From Octopus vulgaris (lineage: Eukaryota), in NCBI GenBank assembly GCA_951406725.2, contig OX597827.1, forward strand, positions 75,702,001-75,766,000: a stretch of DNA of 64,000 nt. The letters are read 5' to 3'. The notes under the pieces were generated by a model. The model saw only the letters and a list, made by a program, of their open reading frames with translations, searched no databases and was not told the origin of the DNA. The first letter of the stretch is position 1. Every line of letters begins with the position of its first letter. The translations under genes were made by a program, and so were the position numbers. Below, piece after piece: positions 10,952-22,862 of the stretch.

Positions 10952-11438
10952 TCTGTCATATAGAAATACAATTTGAAGGACTAGATACAAAAACGTTTGA
11001 CCGGAGTCAAATATATATAAATATATATATATATATATTTATATTCTGTGGTGTATGAATACCATTATTGTATGTATGCATATATAAAAATTTTGTATTC
11101 ATTTTGCAAGATTCTCAGCGTGAGATCGTGCTTGCTATAATTGCCCTTCAGGCGCATCTTTTTCTAAATAAACATGTGCTAGTTACTTCTGTTTTGTTTT
11201 TATCAGTTAATTAGATAATTACTTAGTTAACTAACTAACTAATTATTTAATTAACTGATAACGACACTGAGGTTATATACAACCAATGCATGTGTTATAT
11301 TAGCAACATAATCCTCCCCAAACGTAGCCATTAATATGTGTGTGTAAATGTGTATGTATCCTTATTCTGAAATTTGCAATCTTATTTGCCCTGTTGTGTA
11401 TTGAGTTTGTTCTTGTGTATATATATACATATATATAT

Positions 11439-11790
11439 AGGCGCAGGAGTGGCTGTGTGGTAAGTAGCTTGCTTACCAACCACATGGTTCCGGGTTCAGT
11501 CCCACTGCGTGGCACCTTGGGCAAGTGTCTTCTACTATAGCCTCGGGCCGACCAAAGCCTTGTGAGTGGATTTGGTAGATGGAAACTGAAAGAAGCCCGT
11601 TGTATATATGTGTTTGTGTGTGTCTGTGTTTTTTCCCCCAACATCGCTTGACAACTGATAGCGGTGTGTTTACGTCCCCGTAACTTAGTGGTTCGGTAAA
11701 AGAGACCGATAGATTAAGTACTAGGCTTACAAAGAATAAGTCCTGGGGTTGATTTGTTTGACTATAGGCGGTGCTCCAGCATGGCCACAG
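11439..11790 (+). mobile_element. SINE family A
   Basis: aggcgcaggagtggctgtgtggtaag (A box) and ggttcagtccc (B box). Confidence 0.9.
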
Positions 11791-11816
11791 AAACAAATAG
11801 AAGAGTAATATATATA

Positions 11817-12180
11817 GGAGGTGCAATGGCCCAGTGGTTAGGGCAGCGAACTCACAATTTCAATTCCCAGATCAGGCATTGTGTTTATTGAGCAAAAAAC
11901 ACCTAAGGCTCCACGAGGCTCTGGCAGGGGTTGGTGACAAACCCTGCTGTACTCTTTCACCACAACTTTCTCTCACTCTTCCTTCCTCTTTCTGCTGTAC
12001 CCGTATTTCAAAGGGCCTGCCTTGTCACACTCTGTGTTACACTGAATCTTTACGAGAAGTACATTAAGGATACACCTGTCTGTGGAGTGCTCAGCCACTT
12101 GCACATTAATTTCATGAGCAAGCTGTTCCGTTGATCGGATCAACTGGAACCCTCATCATTGTAACCGACGGAGTGCCACG
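11817..12180 (+). mobile_element. Family D-related SINE with an alternative 3' half (3' part also at 59480-59710)
   Basis: ggaggtgcaatggcccagtggttagggcagcg head; shares cacaactttctctcactctt with family D, then diverges. Confidence 0.75.
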
Positions 12181-12540
12181 ATATATATATACATATATAC
12201 ATGATATTTAAAAGGCTTTCATTCTGTGTTCCAACCCTGCTAGATTTATATTTACCAGCTGATAAAATGGGTTTATTATCTACCTTTATTTATTGCCTTT
12301 CCTGTTAATTGTTGTCCATGTGCTTCACCATTATACATATTTATATACAGTTCTTGAGTAGACAGTCTATGTATTTTCTACACACACATATGAAGGGCTT
12401 CCTACAGTTTCCATTTACAAATAATTTTCATATGGCATTGGTGAGTCCACTGCTATAAGACACCCGTTGACTGTACCATACTCTGGGAACAAGACTAAAC
12501 CACATTGTTCCAAAGTTTTTGACCACACACCCACACCTTA

Positions 12541-12940
12541 CTCTCTTTACTCTTTTACTTGTTTCAGTCATTTGACTGCGGCCATGCTGGAGCACCGCCT
12601 TTAGTCGAGCAAATCGACCCCGGGACTTATTCTTTGTAAGCCCAGTACTTATTCTATCGGTCTCTTTTGCCAAACGGGGACGTAAACACACCAGCATCGG
12701 TTGTCAAGCAATGCTAGAGAGACAAACACAGACACACAAACACACACACACACATACATATATATATACATATATATGACAGGCTTCTTTCAGTTTCCGT
12801 CTACCAAATTCACTCACAAGGCATTGGTCGGCCCGGGGCTATAGCAGAAGACACTTGCCCAAGATGCCACGCAGTGGGACTGAACCCAGGACCTTATGGT
12901 TGGTTAGCAAGCTACTTACCACACAGCCACTCCTGCGCCT
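12541..12940 (-). mobile_element. SINE family A
   Basis: Full-length reverse copy ending ccactcctgcgcct. Confidence 0.9.
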
Positions 12941-12979
12941 ATGTATACATACATACTGTGTATACTTACATATGTATAT

Positions 12980-13033
<54 letters not shown>

Positions 13034-13302
13034 CACACACATACATACACATATATATTTAAACAAGAGGGTGCTGAAAAGTTCCTGGCTTTAAGGGAAT
13101 TGTGAAAGGTCTGGCTACAATTCAGCAACCTATCTTTTATCTTTTACTTGTTTCAGTCAGCAAATCAACCCCAATACTTGTTTTTTTTTAAAGCCTGCTA
13201 CTTATTCTATTGGTTTCTTATGGTGAGCCACTAAGTTATGGGGACACAAACAAACACACACACATATATATATAAATACACTCACATACATACATATATA
13301 TA

Positions 13303-13440
13303 TCATCATCATCATCGTCGTCGTTTAGCGTCTGCTTTCCATGCTAGCATGGGTTGGACGGTTCAACTGGTGTCTGGGAGGCCAGAAGGCTGCACCAGGC
13401 CCAGTCTCATCTGGCAATGTTTCTACAGCTGGGTGCCCTT
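13303..13440 (-). mobile_element. Truncated family B copy inside an old family A copy (13133-13570)
   Basis: B terminus lies within the TA/CA tract of a diverged A element. Confidence 0.8.
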
Positions 13441-13441
13441 C

Positions 13442-13472
<31 letters not shown>

Positions 13473-13839
13473 CACACGCACACATGGGAAGCTTCCATCT
13501 ATCAAATTAACTCACAAGGTTTTGGTCAACCCAGGGCTATAATAGAAGACACTTGCCTAAGGTACAACACAGTCACTGATTTTAATAGTAACTGTTACAG
13601 AATGTAAATAAATGATAGAAGGGACTAAAGTTTTACTCCCTTAAATTAAAGAGATCATAACTCCCTTTAAAACAAACATAAACAAGAGTTTATGAGAAAT
13701 ACATGCACTGCTGTGTGGATTCATGTCATACAGGATGTTGAGAATGAAATGGTATTTCAAATATATAAAGTCTGACCTACAGAGGCTGATGATGGTCAAC
13801 ATGTATTCATTTCCAAAGTTTTCTACTTTTTCTGACATT

Positions 13840-15108
13840 TTAATCCTTTTGTTTCCAACCCAGCTGAAACTATCTTTAATTCTGTGTCACAGTCTTCCTG
13901 TTTTAACTGACCAGATGTGGCCAAAATATTCTCCTTTTTTAATGTTCAAACTGGCCAGATGTGGCCCTCACACCTATCCTACAATATCATCATCATCATC
14001 GTTTAACGTCCCCTTTCCATGCTAGCATGGGTTGGACGATTTTGACTGAGGGCTGGCGAACCAGATGGCTGCACCAGGCTCCAATCTTGATCTGGCAGAG
14101 TTTCTACAACTTGATGCCCTTCCTAACGCCAACCACTCCGAGAGTGTAGTGGGTGCTTTTACGTGCCACTGGCACGAGGGCCAGTCAGGCAGGCAGTACT
14201 GGCAACGGCCATGCTCAAATGGTGTTTTTTTACGTGCCACCTGCACAGGAGCCAATCCAGCGGTGTTGGCAACGACCTCACTCGAATGCTTTTTTTTTTG
14301 TCTTTTTTTAAAAAATCCTTCTAAAATTTAATAGTTACCTCATAAAAAATCTCAAAGCTATCAGACAATACATAATTAATTCAAAACAATGATAATAAAT
14401 AAATAATAGGCGCAGGAGTGGCTGTGTGGTAAGTAGCTTGCTAACCAACCACATGGTTCCGGGTTCAGTCCCACTGCATGGCATCTTGGGCAAGTGTCTT
14501 CTATGGCCCCGGGCCGACCAATGCCTTGTGAGTGGATTTAGTAGACGGAAACTGAAAGAAGCCTGTCGTATATGTATATATATACATATATGTATGTGTG
14601 TGTGTGTTTGTATTTGTGCCCCTAGCATTGCTTGACAACCGATGCTGGTGTGTTTACGTCCCCGTCACTTAGCAGTTCGCCAAAAGAGACCGATAGAATA
14701 AGTACTGGGCTTACAAAGAATAAGTCCCGGGGTCGATTTGCTCAACTAAAGGCGGTGCTCCAGCATGGCCGCAGTCAAATGACTGAAACAAGTAAAAGAG
14801 TAATACATTAGACTGAACAATCTGAATGCTAAAAGGTTAACATGATCTAAATTCTAACTTTCCATCAAATTTTCTTGTTAATTTATGTTGCAATCACCAT
14901 CTTGATAATAACAGGTCGTTTTACTAATCCTTTATAAGTTTCAGACACCAGTTTAAAAATGACAAAGTCATCTTATAAATTCTTCACTGGTAGTGCCCCA
15001 GCATGACCATAGCCTTAGGAGTGAAATGTGTCAAAGAATAAAAAGAATAATTTCAAAATTAATTGAAACACAGGTTATTTCAACAGAGATAATGTCACAA
15101 AAGGGTTG
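13840..15108. mobile_element. Nested cluster: MITE F containing MITE E, which contains a family B copy (13987-14290, -) and a family A copy (14408-14801, +)
   Basis: F left end ttaatccttttgtttccaacccagct, F right end caaaagggttga. E segments at 13903-13986, 14310-14405 and 14802-14840 (ctaaaaggttaa). Confidence 0.7.
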
Positions 15109-15235
15109 AAAATAAACACAGTTAGATGAAGACCAGATAGTTTTGCCAGGAATTTGGTGCAAGCAAATTTAAAAGCTCAGTTTTCAGTAGTTTGTCAGTC
15201 TTTTTTTAAAAAAAAAAAATTATCAATTAATCTTT

Positions 15236-15391
15236 CCAATCAGAACTAAGCATTCTGATTGGCTGTTTTCATATCTCAGCCATGCTAACCTAATTTGTTT
15301 GTTCACCTCCATATCATATGTCTCATCAACATAACTTATTCTGATTGGCTACTTCCATGTCTTAGATACGACCAAGCATTCTGATTGGCTG
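15236..15391. promoter_or_regulatory. Cluster of four CCAAT (NF-Y consensus) boxes
   Basis: CCAATCAG at 15236, and CTGATTGGCT (reverse complement AGCCAATCAG) at 15255, 15341 and 15381. Confidence 0.5.
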
Positions 15392-15519
15392 CTACGACGA
15401 ACTATTCTTTCTCAATTATCAGGCTTCTTTGTTTTATTGATTTATATATATTTTGTTTTTTGTTTCATTTTTGATCCTGTTTTCGTACTCCTTTCTTCTT
15501 TCCTGTTTAATATATATAT

Positions 15520-15545
15520 ATTTTCTCTTCTTCTTGATATTTAGG
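15520..15545 (+). other. Candidate 3' splice acceptor for the ZNF coding exon
   Basis: Long polypyrimidine/T-rich tract ending ttcttcttgatatttag|G (AG at 15543-15544), 214 nt upstream of the ATG. Confidence 0.55.
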
Positions 15546-15758
15546 ATATTGGCCAATTGTACCTGTGAGGTAATGAAGGACACTACGCAACAAGTATGGT
15601 TGGGCACTCAGATGACATTTGGATTTTCAAAAACAGAGAACAACAGCCAACAGATAATTCCACCACCACCACTACCAACAACAACAACAACAGGCAATAA
15701 GTATATTAGTCATATATATAATCTATAAAGTAGACAGCTTGGTGTTTAATTCCTCGTT

Positions 15759-17465
15759 ATGACATCTGGGCAGAACATGGATAAAATCGGTGAGAAGAAG
15801 GTATTACATGGGAGCCTTGGTGGTAAGTCAGGTGTCTTGCAACATACTAATGCTCCATCACACTCACACGGTATGCTGACACATATGTGTGATAAGTCGT
15901 TTCCCACGACAACATATCTGAATCAGTTTGCGGCTGGATACTACCTCCAGCCTCACGGGTTGCTCCATGCCAACCAGAAGGTCTTCCCTGCTGACATCTA
16001 CACCAAACAGTTCACCCCGGGGAACTGTTACCTGCAGCCGTTTGACGCCGCAGCGATGCACGCCATCGAGAAGTCTTCGAATCAATGTGCCAGTGCAGTT
16101 TGCCAGAAGCAAATATCGCCACCGACGACATCAACTCCAAATATAGTCACAGCAGCAGCTAGAGTACAGCCACCGCCGCCTCCACCACCACCACCACCGC
16201 CGCCCCCATCATCATCGTCATCATCTGCAGTTGTAGGAGCAGCAGCTATAAAAACCACAATAAAACAACCGATTGTGCCATCTTCATCTTTGTCATCGTC
16301 ATCAACACCAACAGTTACAACAGCAATTTCCTCCCAGTCCCCGTCACCTTCGATACTGTCACAAACCATGGTGAACCAACCCACAAAACTGCTTCCGAGT
16401 TTCCGGACTGTTCAATCGTTTGCGAAACTGTACAGCTGTGACATTTGCCTGAAGCAGTTCACACGTCGGAACACTTTGCAGCTGCACCAGAGAATCCATA
16501 CAGGTGAGAAGCTGTTCACCTGCACCTACTGTGCCAAACAGTTTGTCCACAGAGACAAATTCCAGATCCACGAGCGAATCCACACAGGTGAGAAACCGTT
16601 CAGCTGTGGCTATTGCTCGAAGTGTTTCTCTCGCAAAGACAAGCTAAAGATCCACGAGAGCTCCCACACAGGGGAGAGGCCCTACCACTGCAGTTATTGC
16701 CCAAAACAGTTCGTTCAAAGAGATAAGCTGAAAATACACGAACGAATTCACACAGGAGAGAAACCTTACAGCTGTGAATTCTGCCCCAAACAGTTTGCTC
16801 GTGGTGACAAGCTGCAGTTGCACAGGCGAATTCACACAGGTGAGAAGCTGCTGCAATGCAGCTACTGCCCCAAACCTTTTGTACAGAAGGACAAGTTAAT
16901 TATACACGAGCGGACCCACACCGGGGAGAAGCCTTTCCACTGCGAGGTCTGCACCAAGCAGTTTGCACGCAGCGACCGGCTGCAGATTCACCGGAGGACC
17001 CATACTGGGGAGAAGCCTTTCCACTGCGACCTCTGTCCAAAGCAGTTCATCCAGAGATGCTATCTGAACATTCACCGAAGGATTCATACGGGCGAGAAGC
17101 CCTTTCAGTGCGACACATGCCAGAAGCAGTTTGCCAGGAAGGACAAACTGCAAATCCACATACGCAGCCATACTGGCGAGAAACCCTACGGCTGCAATCT
17201 ATGCAGTGAGATGTTCATGCGCAAGCCCCAACTAATATCACACAAAAAGCATGCACATCCTGCAGAGATGCAAATTACTCCAGAAGAACCCAGAATGTTC
17301 TTCTGCGACACCTGCACCAAGCCATACTCGACAATCAATGAACTGCAAATGCACCGGAAAATACATTTGCCAATTCGTAATAATTTTCTAAAACCAACAT
17401 CATGCAAAAACATAAAGGAATATACACCAATGAGTACTTTACTGTGGCAATCCATCCACCCTTAA
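15759..17465 (+). CDS. C2H2 zinc-finger transcription factor, 568 aa, with 10 tandem fingers plus 1 C-terminal finger and an N-terminal poly-Pro/Ser/Thr region
   Basis: Uninterrupted 1.7-kb ORF. Repeated Cx2Cx12Hx3H fingers joined by TGEKP/TGEKL/TGERP linkers at 16431-17258, and an 11th finger (CDTC...HRKIH) at ~17301-17366. No KRAB, BTB or SCAN domain recognised. Confidence 0.95.
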   Translation: MTSGQNMDKIGEKKVLHGSLGGKSGVLQHTNAPSHSHGMLTHMCDKSFPTTTYLNQFAAGYYLQPHGLLHANQKVFPADIYTKQFTPGNCYLQPFDAAAMHAIEKSSNQCASAVCQKQISPPTTSTPNIVTAAARVQPPPPPPPPPPPPPSSSSSSAVVGAAAIKTTIKQPIVPSSSLSSSSTPTVTTAISSQSPSPSILSQTMVNQPTKLLPSFRTVQSFAKLYSCDICLKQFTRRNTLQLHQRIHTGEKLFTCTYCAKQFVHRDKFQIHERIHTGEKPFSCGYCSKCFSRKDKLKIHESSHTGERPYHCSYCPKQFVQRDKLKIHERIHTGEKPYSCEFCPKQFARGDKLQLHRRIHTGEKLLQCSYCPKPFVQKDKLIIHERTHTGEKPFHCEVCTKQFARSDRLQIHRRTHTGEKPFHCDLCPKQFIQRCYLNIHRRIHTGEKPFQCDTCQKQFARKDKLQIHIRSHTGEKPYGCNLCSEMFMRKPQLISHKKHAHPAEMQITPEEPRMFFCDTCTKPYSTINELQMHRKIHLPIRNNFLKPTSCKNIKEYTPMSTLLWQSIHP

Positions 17466-17744
17466 TTCACATGTCAGTCCTTAAACTCTTTTAATGCATG
17501 TGTGTGAGGATATGTGGAGATACCTTAATGTTTGTTGAATGTGTGTGTGTGTGGGTGCGTGTGTGGGCATCTGTATGTTAGTGTGTATGCAATAGAGTTT
17601 ATATATTCAATATATATATCTGTGTGTGTATGTATGTTATATACATATATTTACATATGTATGTGCCTGAGTGTCTGTAAATATACATGCCTATATATGT
17701 TTATACATATACATTTGTATGTATATGATAGTCTTTCATGTTGA

Positions 17745-17869
17745 GAACAATATATATAATATATGATATATATATAATATATATGATATATATATAATAT
17801 ATATGATATATATATAATATATTTATGATATATATATAATATATATGATATATATATAATATATATGAT

Positions 17870-17898
<29 letters not shown>
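17745..17898. repeat. AT-rich ~20-bp minisatellite and (TA)n downstream of the ZNF stop codon
   Basis: (atatatgatatatatataat)n. Confidence 0.85.
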
Positions 17899-17900
<2 letters not shown>

Positions 17901-18775
17901 GTGTGTGTGATTGTATCTAGAGATATATTTAGAAACAATTTTATAGTCCATCCATTCCTAGAGTGAGCTTCCCTACACGGGAGCTGATCCCTAATGTATA
18001 AACGGAGAAATTTGTAAAACCACTTACATTTATAAAAATTTATATATAACAAAATATTTTTTCCCAAATTTCTTTTGATTTCTCTGTAATCATATATTCA
18101 CTGTTTCTTTTTTTATTATCTTTTTCCTAGTTTCAATCAATGGGCTGCTGCCATTCTGGAGCACCTCCTTTATGGGCTTTTTTTGATGCCAGTCAGACCA
18201 ACTTTAAAGCCTTATTTTAGTTTCATATTTGATTTATTGATCTCGTCTTAGTCAGTGACTAAGTTTTCTGTTCTGAGAGCTTATATGCATGTAACTTGAT
18301 GCACTGGTTTACAGCAATAGAGGCAACACTCAGATACACACACACACTTAGACAGATTTTGCCAAATTTCATTTACAGGTATTGGTCAATAAAAAACACA
18401 TACCCAGTGCCTCAGAAAACACTATAAAATGGAATCAGTCCCAAAACACTAACAAACATAGTCACACACACACACACACACACAGTCACACATGTATGCA
18501 CTCATTTACATATACACACAGAGACAGGCATACATATACACATGCACATCATCATTTAACATCTGTTTTACATGCTGATATGGGTTGGACAGTTTGACAG
18601 AAGCTGGATAGGCAGAAGACTGCACGAGGTTTCACTGTGTGTTTTAGAATGGTTTTTTACAGCTGGATCCCCTTCCTAACAACAACCACCTTACACATAA
18701 ATAATCACGCATACACTCTCGCACACACACACAGTCACTCATACACACAGAATCACACATATACATACATAGTCA

Positions 18776-19095
18776 CATGGTGGCACGTAAAAAGCACCAT
18801 CCAATCGTGGCCGTTTGCCAGCCTCGCCTGGCCTCCGTGCTGGTGGCACATAAACAGCACCATCCGATCGTGGCCATTTGCCAGCCTCGTCTGGCACCTG
18901 TGCTGGTGGCACATAAAAAGCACCCACTACACTCGTGGAGTGGTTGATGTTAGGAAGGGCATCCAGCCGTAGAAACATTGCCAGATCAGACTGGGCTTGG
19001 TGCAGCCTTCTGGCTTCCCAGACCCCAGTTGAACAGTCCAACCCATGCCAGCATGGAAAGCGGACGCTAAACGATGATGATGATGATGATGATGA
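18776..19095 (+). mobile_element. Family B retroposon
   Basis: Three ggtggcac..aagcacc units and a (GAT)n tail. Confidence 0.9.
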
Positions 19096-21077
19096 TACAC
19101 ACACAGTCATGCACATACTCACAGTCACATACATACACACACAGTCATGCACATACATACACACACAGTCATGCACATGCTATCATCCTCATCATCTTTT
19201 CAACACCCACTTTTCCATGCTTGCACGGGTTGGATGAAATTGAGACAGATTTTCTATGGTCAGATTCACTTGCTGTCACCAATTCTCCCAAACAAGGTCA
19301 TGTCTCCCCTTAGTCCTTTGAACAACAAATAGCTCAGTGGCTGGACATGTTTTTGTGGAAGACCATAAAAAGGACATCATTTGTTTGAACAGTAGCTTTG
19401 TTTTCAGTTTGCACACTAAAATACTACACCACACACACACTTGCAAATGTGAGAGGCTTCTTATAGCCACGTCTACTCCTCTCTCTATATTCTAATATTC
19501 TATACACACTGTAAGTCATCCTTTCGTCCTCATTTTAACATCTACTTTTTCGTGCTTGCATGGATCAGACAAGATTCATTGAAGCAGATTTTCTACAGCT
19601 GGATGCCCTCCCTGTTGCCAACTCTCAGTTATTTCCAAGCAAGGTATCTCCTCATGGCCTACATGTTTTCACAGAAGATTTGAAATAAACGACACCGCTT
19701 TTTGTACACCAGTGCATTATAGTCTCCATGCAATGGGAATTAACCCAAAATCTCATGGTTGGGAAACAAACTTCTTACCCTGCAGCCATCTCCAAACCAC
19801 ATCAGATAACACTAATCCATTATAATGTTACTCATAGTGTAACTATATCCACAAATGTGGCTAGGATCTTTCTAATGCTGATTACTATGCACTTTACCGC
19901 GTTACACAGATACCACAAAATTTTCAGTAAAACTACTTGTAAGGCTCACTACAGCTATATGAGGAATATTGATTTACAATGAAAAATCCATTAATGCCAC
20001 ACAAGCAACCCAGCCTGAATATAATTGTATGGATAATGTCTGTTGAAGGAAATAGTATACAGATTAGGTGTAGAATCAGTAAATGGCACAGTAAAGATAT
20101 ATCAGGTTAACTGTAAACACTTTTAAAACTTCAAACACACAACACACTCATTCATTTTGACCCATGAATAAAAGCAATTTAACATCATTTTCAAAATAAA
20201 TTTGGTTTTTAAAAGAGGAAGAAGCTATCCTATGATGAAATGGAGTATTGTTGCAAAAGCAGAGGTATAGAATGGTCGTGATAGCTACAGTATTTATATG
20301 CAATAAAAAAAACTAAAATCTTGAAACTACATGATGGTATTCCTGAATATGAAGGAAGAAGCCTTTTCCGTTTGTTTAGCTTTAAAGAAAAAATACAAAA
20401 TTTAGCTTTCAAACATATTTTTGTGCCGGTTGTTTTTGACATGGAAACATTTGGCAGACAATTGAGTTATTGGGAAATTTGTTACTCAAAATTTGAGCTA
20501 AAATGTGAATTGCTCTATTAACTGATGCACAGTTACCTCCTCTTGAGAATATATCGTTTCTTTTTACTTTCTATTAGAAACTAATTTTAGTTTTGGATTA
20601 ACACTATTTGCATGTGACTTATATGACTCAATCAACCAATGAAACTGATGTCCTGTGCCATGTTGGATTTAAAGTGTTTTATTCATTGCAGATCAGCAAT
20701 TGTTAATTGAGTTGCTTGAAAAATTCTGAAACTCTTTAGTGGTCTAATGAATGAGAGACCATGAGTCTTTGCTTAGATATCTTTCTAGGAGAAGAAAATT
20801 CTGAAATAACACATGCCTCATTGGGAAGCTGGACAGTTTTGCTCTTGCCTGTTTCTGAACTAACAGGCTTTGTAGGTGAGAGCTTTAGCAGTGTTGTGCA
20901 AGCTGTTATTGACTTTAAACTTCAGTACAGCTATTGATAACAGCCATTGTCTTTAACAGCTAGAATAAAATAATTTGTCAGTGAAGGTCATACTTGTCTA
21001 AGAGTTGATAGCTACCATATTTGATCATTTTGATTTTTATAATAAAATGGTTTTTATCACCATTATTTTTTTATTTA

Positions 21078-21357
21078 TGCGCCCTTTTCAAGCCTAGTTA
21101 GGCTCATGGGCCCGTTTTCTATGGCATATGTGTTCCCCCCCAGCTGGACGGGATGCCAGTCCATCGCAGCGTTACTCAAGAAACAGGAAGAAAGAGTGAG
21201 AGAAAGTTGGGGCGAAAGGGTACAACGGGTTGCCACCCACCCCATGCTGGAGCCTCGTGGAGCTTTAGGTGTTTTCACTCAATAAACACACACAACGCCC
21301 GGTCTGGGAATCGAAACCGAGTCCGCTGCCCTAACCACTGGGCTATTGCGCCTCCAC
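21078..21357 (-). mobile_element. SINE family D variant
   Basis: Minus strand gtggaggcgcaatagcccagtggttagggcagcggactc...tttcgattccc. Confidence 0.85.
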
Positions 21358-22355
21358 TTTTATCACCATGGTAATCTAAAAAGCAATGTACTATACTTTT
21401 AAGCTGTAGTAACTATTTTGGCTAGAGTGATATGCAATTTTTATATCTTTATAATTGATTTTATCCAATATTTCATCCTGCTTTTTGGTTACCATACTGT
21501 CATGAAGTACATGCAGCATAAAACGAGGAGAGAGAAAAAAAAGATGAGTGAAAACAACAAAGATGCTGAACTAAATAAGCAAAAACTGGACAAGAACAAG
21601 AGAAAGTGATGCAAAAATCTTTTGTTTCTTTTTCCAAGAATATAAAGAAATCATTAAAATATGAATATTTAGATAAAAGAAATAAAATCTTGAAAAAATT
21701 TATACTTTTTACTTGAAGAAAAATTTGGTTCTGGTTCAATTTCAACAAGATCACACATGTATCGAAGACCAATTGTACTACTTTTTTCTTTTTTTTTTTT
21801 TGGAGTTGCTAAGTAACAAAGAAGCTGTATGTCCTAAGGTTAATTTTGATCAAGCAAACCTATTATTTAAGGCAATCCAGATATGACTATTTCCTCTTGA
21901 TTTTTCAGACATAAATGTCATTCAGAACCACATTTTTGTTTCAAGGTAGTACTATGTGGTTTGGCTATTATTCTTAAGAAGGAGCATGGCCAAATAGAGG
22001 GTCTTTCTTTCATTCATCAACAAAATACAAATAGAAACAGGGCTTGGAGTTATATATCAAGCAATGATAGTGGAGTAGGCAAGAACAAACAATAATTTTA
22101 AAAAATACAAAGAATAACGAAAAAGAGAAATTAAACAGATAAGAAAAGTGAACAGGTGGGCAGCACATATGTCAAAGGAGCAGGTCTCCAACAAGAGAGA
22201 AACATAGAAAATTGACCTCAAGTGAGTAACACTGCAGTTCAGATGTGTACGAGATATATATCATAATTCTTATGTATACACTAGCATAGTCTAAATCAAT
22301 TCTTATTTGTAGGTATTGTCCGAGATGGGTTGGAAAACCATGCCGCACTCTAGAC

Positions 22356-22621
22356 CAGAGCAGGCCCATGGCCCACTTGATGCTTTCTTGAAATGGGTTT
22401 ATTTAAAGAAACATTTTTAAAATTTTACCAAAAATTAAGGATTGTAATGAAAAGTAAAAAAAATGATAATATTTCATGTTGAATTAACGATCTTTCATTC
22501 ATTATTGTAATAATAGCATGAGAAAGCAAAATGCTTTCAATTCTGTCAGTATACAAGTGGCCCTCAAAACACTTTCTGTGATTAAAGTGACCCACAATGT
22601 AATTTGAGGTGGCCAGGCCTG
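22356..22621. mobile_element. Degenerate hAT-type MITE
   Basis: cag...ctg termini flanked by ctctagac and ctctaggt. Confidence 0.45.
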
Positions 22622-22641
22622 CTCTAGGTATTTCACTTTTT

Positions 22642-22862
22642 AAGGCGGCGAGCTGGCAGAAACGTTACCACGCCGGGCAAAATACTTATTGGTATTTCGT
22701 CTGCCGCTACGTTCAGAGTTCAAATTCCGCCGAGGTCGACTTTGTCTTTCATCCTTTCGGGGTCGATTAAATAAGTACCAGTTACGCACTGGGGTCGATG
22801 TAATCGACTTAAACCGTGTGTTTGTCCTCTCTGTGTTTAGCCCCTTGTGGGTCATAAAGAAA
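22642..22862 (+). mobile_element. tRNA-derived SINE family C with TSD
   Basis: ggcggcgagctggcagaa...gagttcaaattcc...ctttcatcctttcggggtcgat. taggtatttcac is duplicated at 22625 and 22863. Confidence 0.9.

Noticed and set aside
11439-11510. tRNA genes at the SINE heads
   Set aside because: A and B boxes are present, but no complete cloverleaf is evident and each continues into a repeat body.
15864-17455. Overlapping antisense and alternative-frame ORFs within the ZNF gene
   Set aside because: Shadows of the repetitive, GC-richer coding sequence, with no independent motifs.
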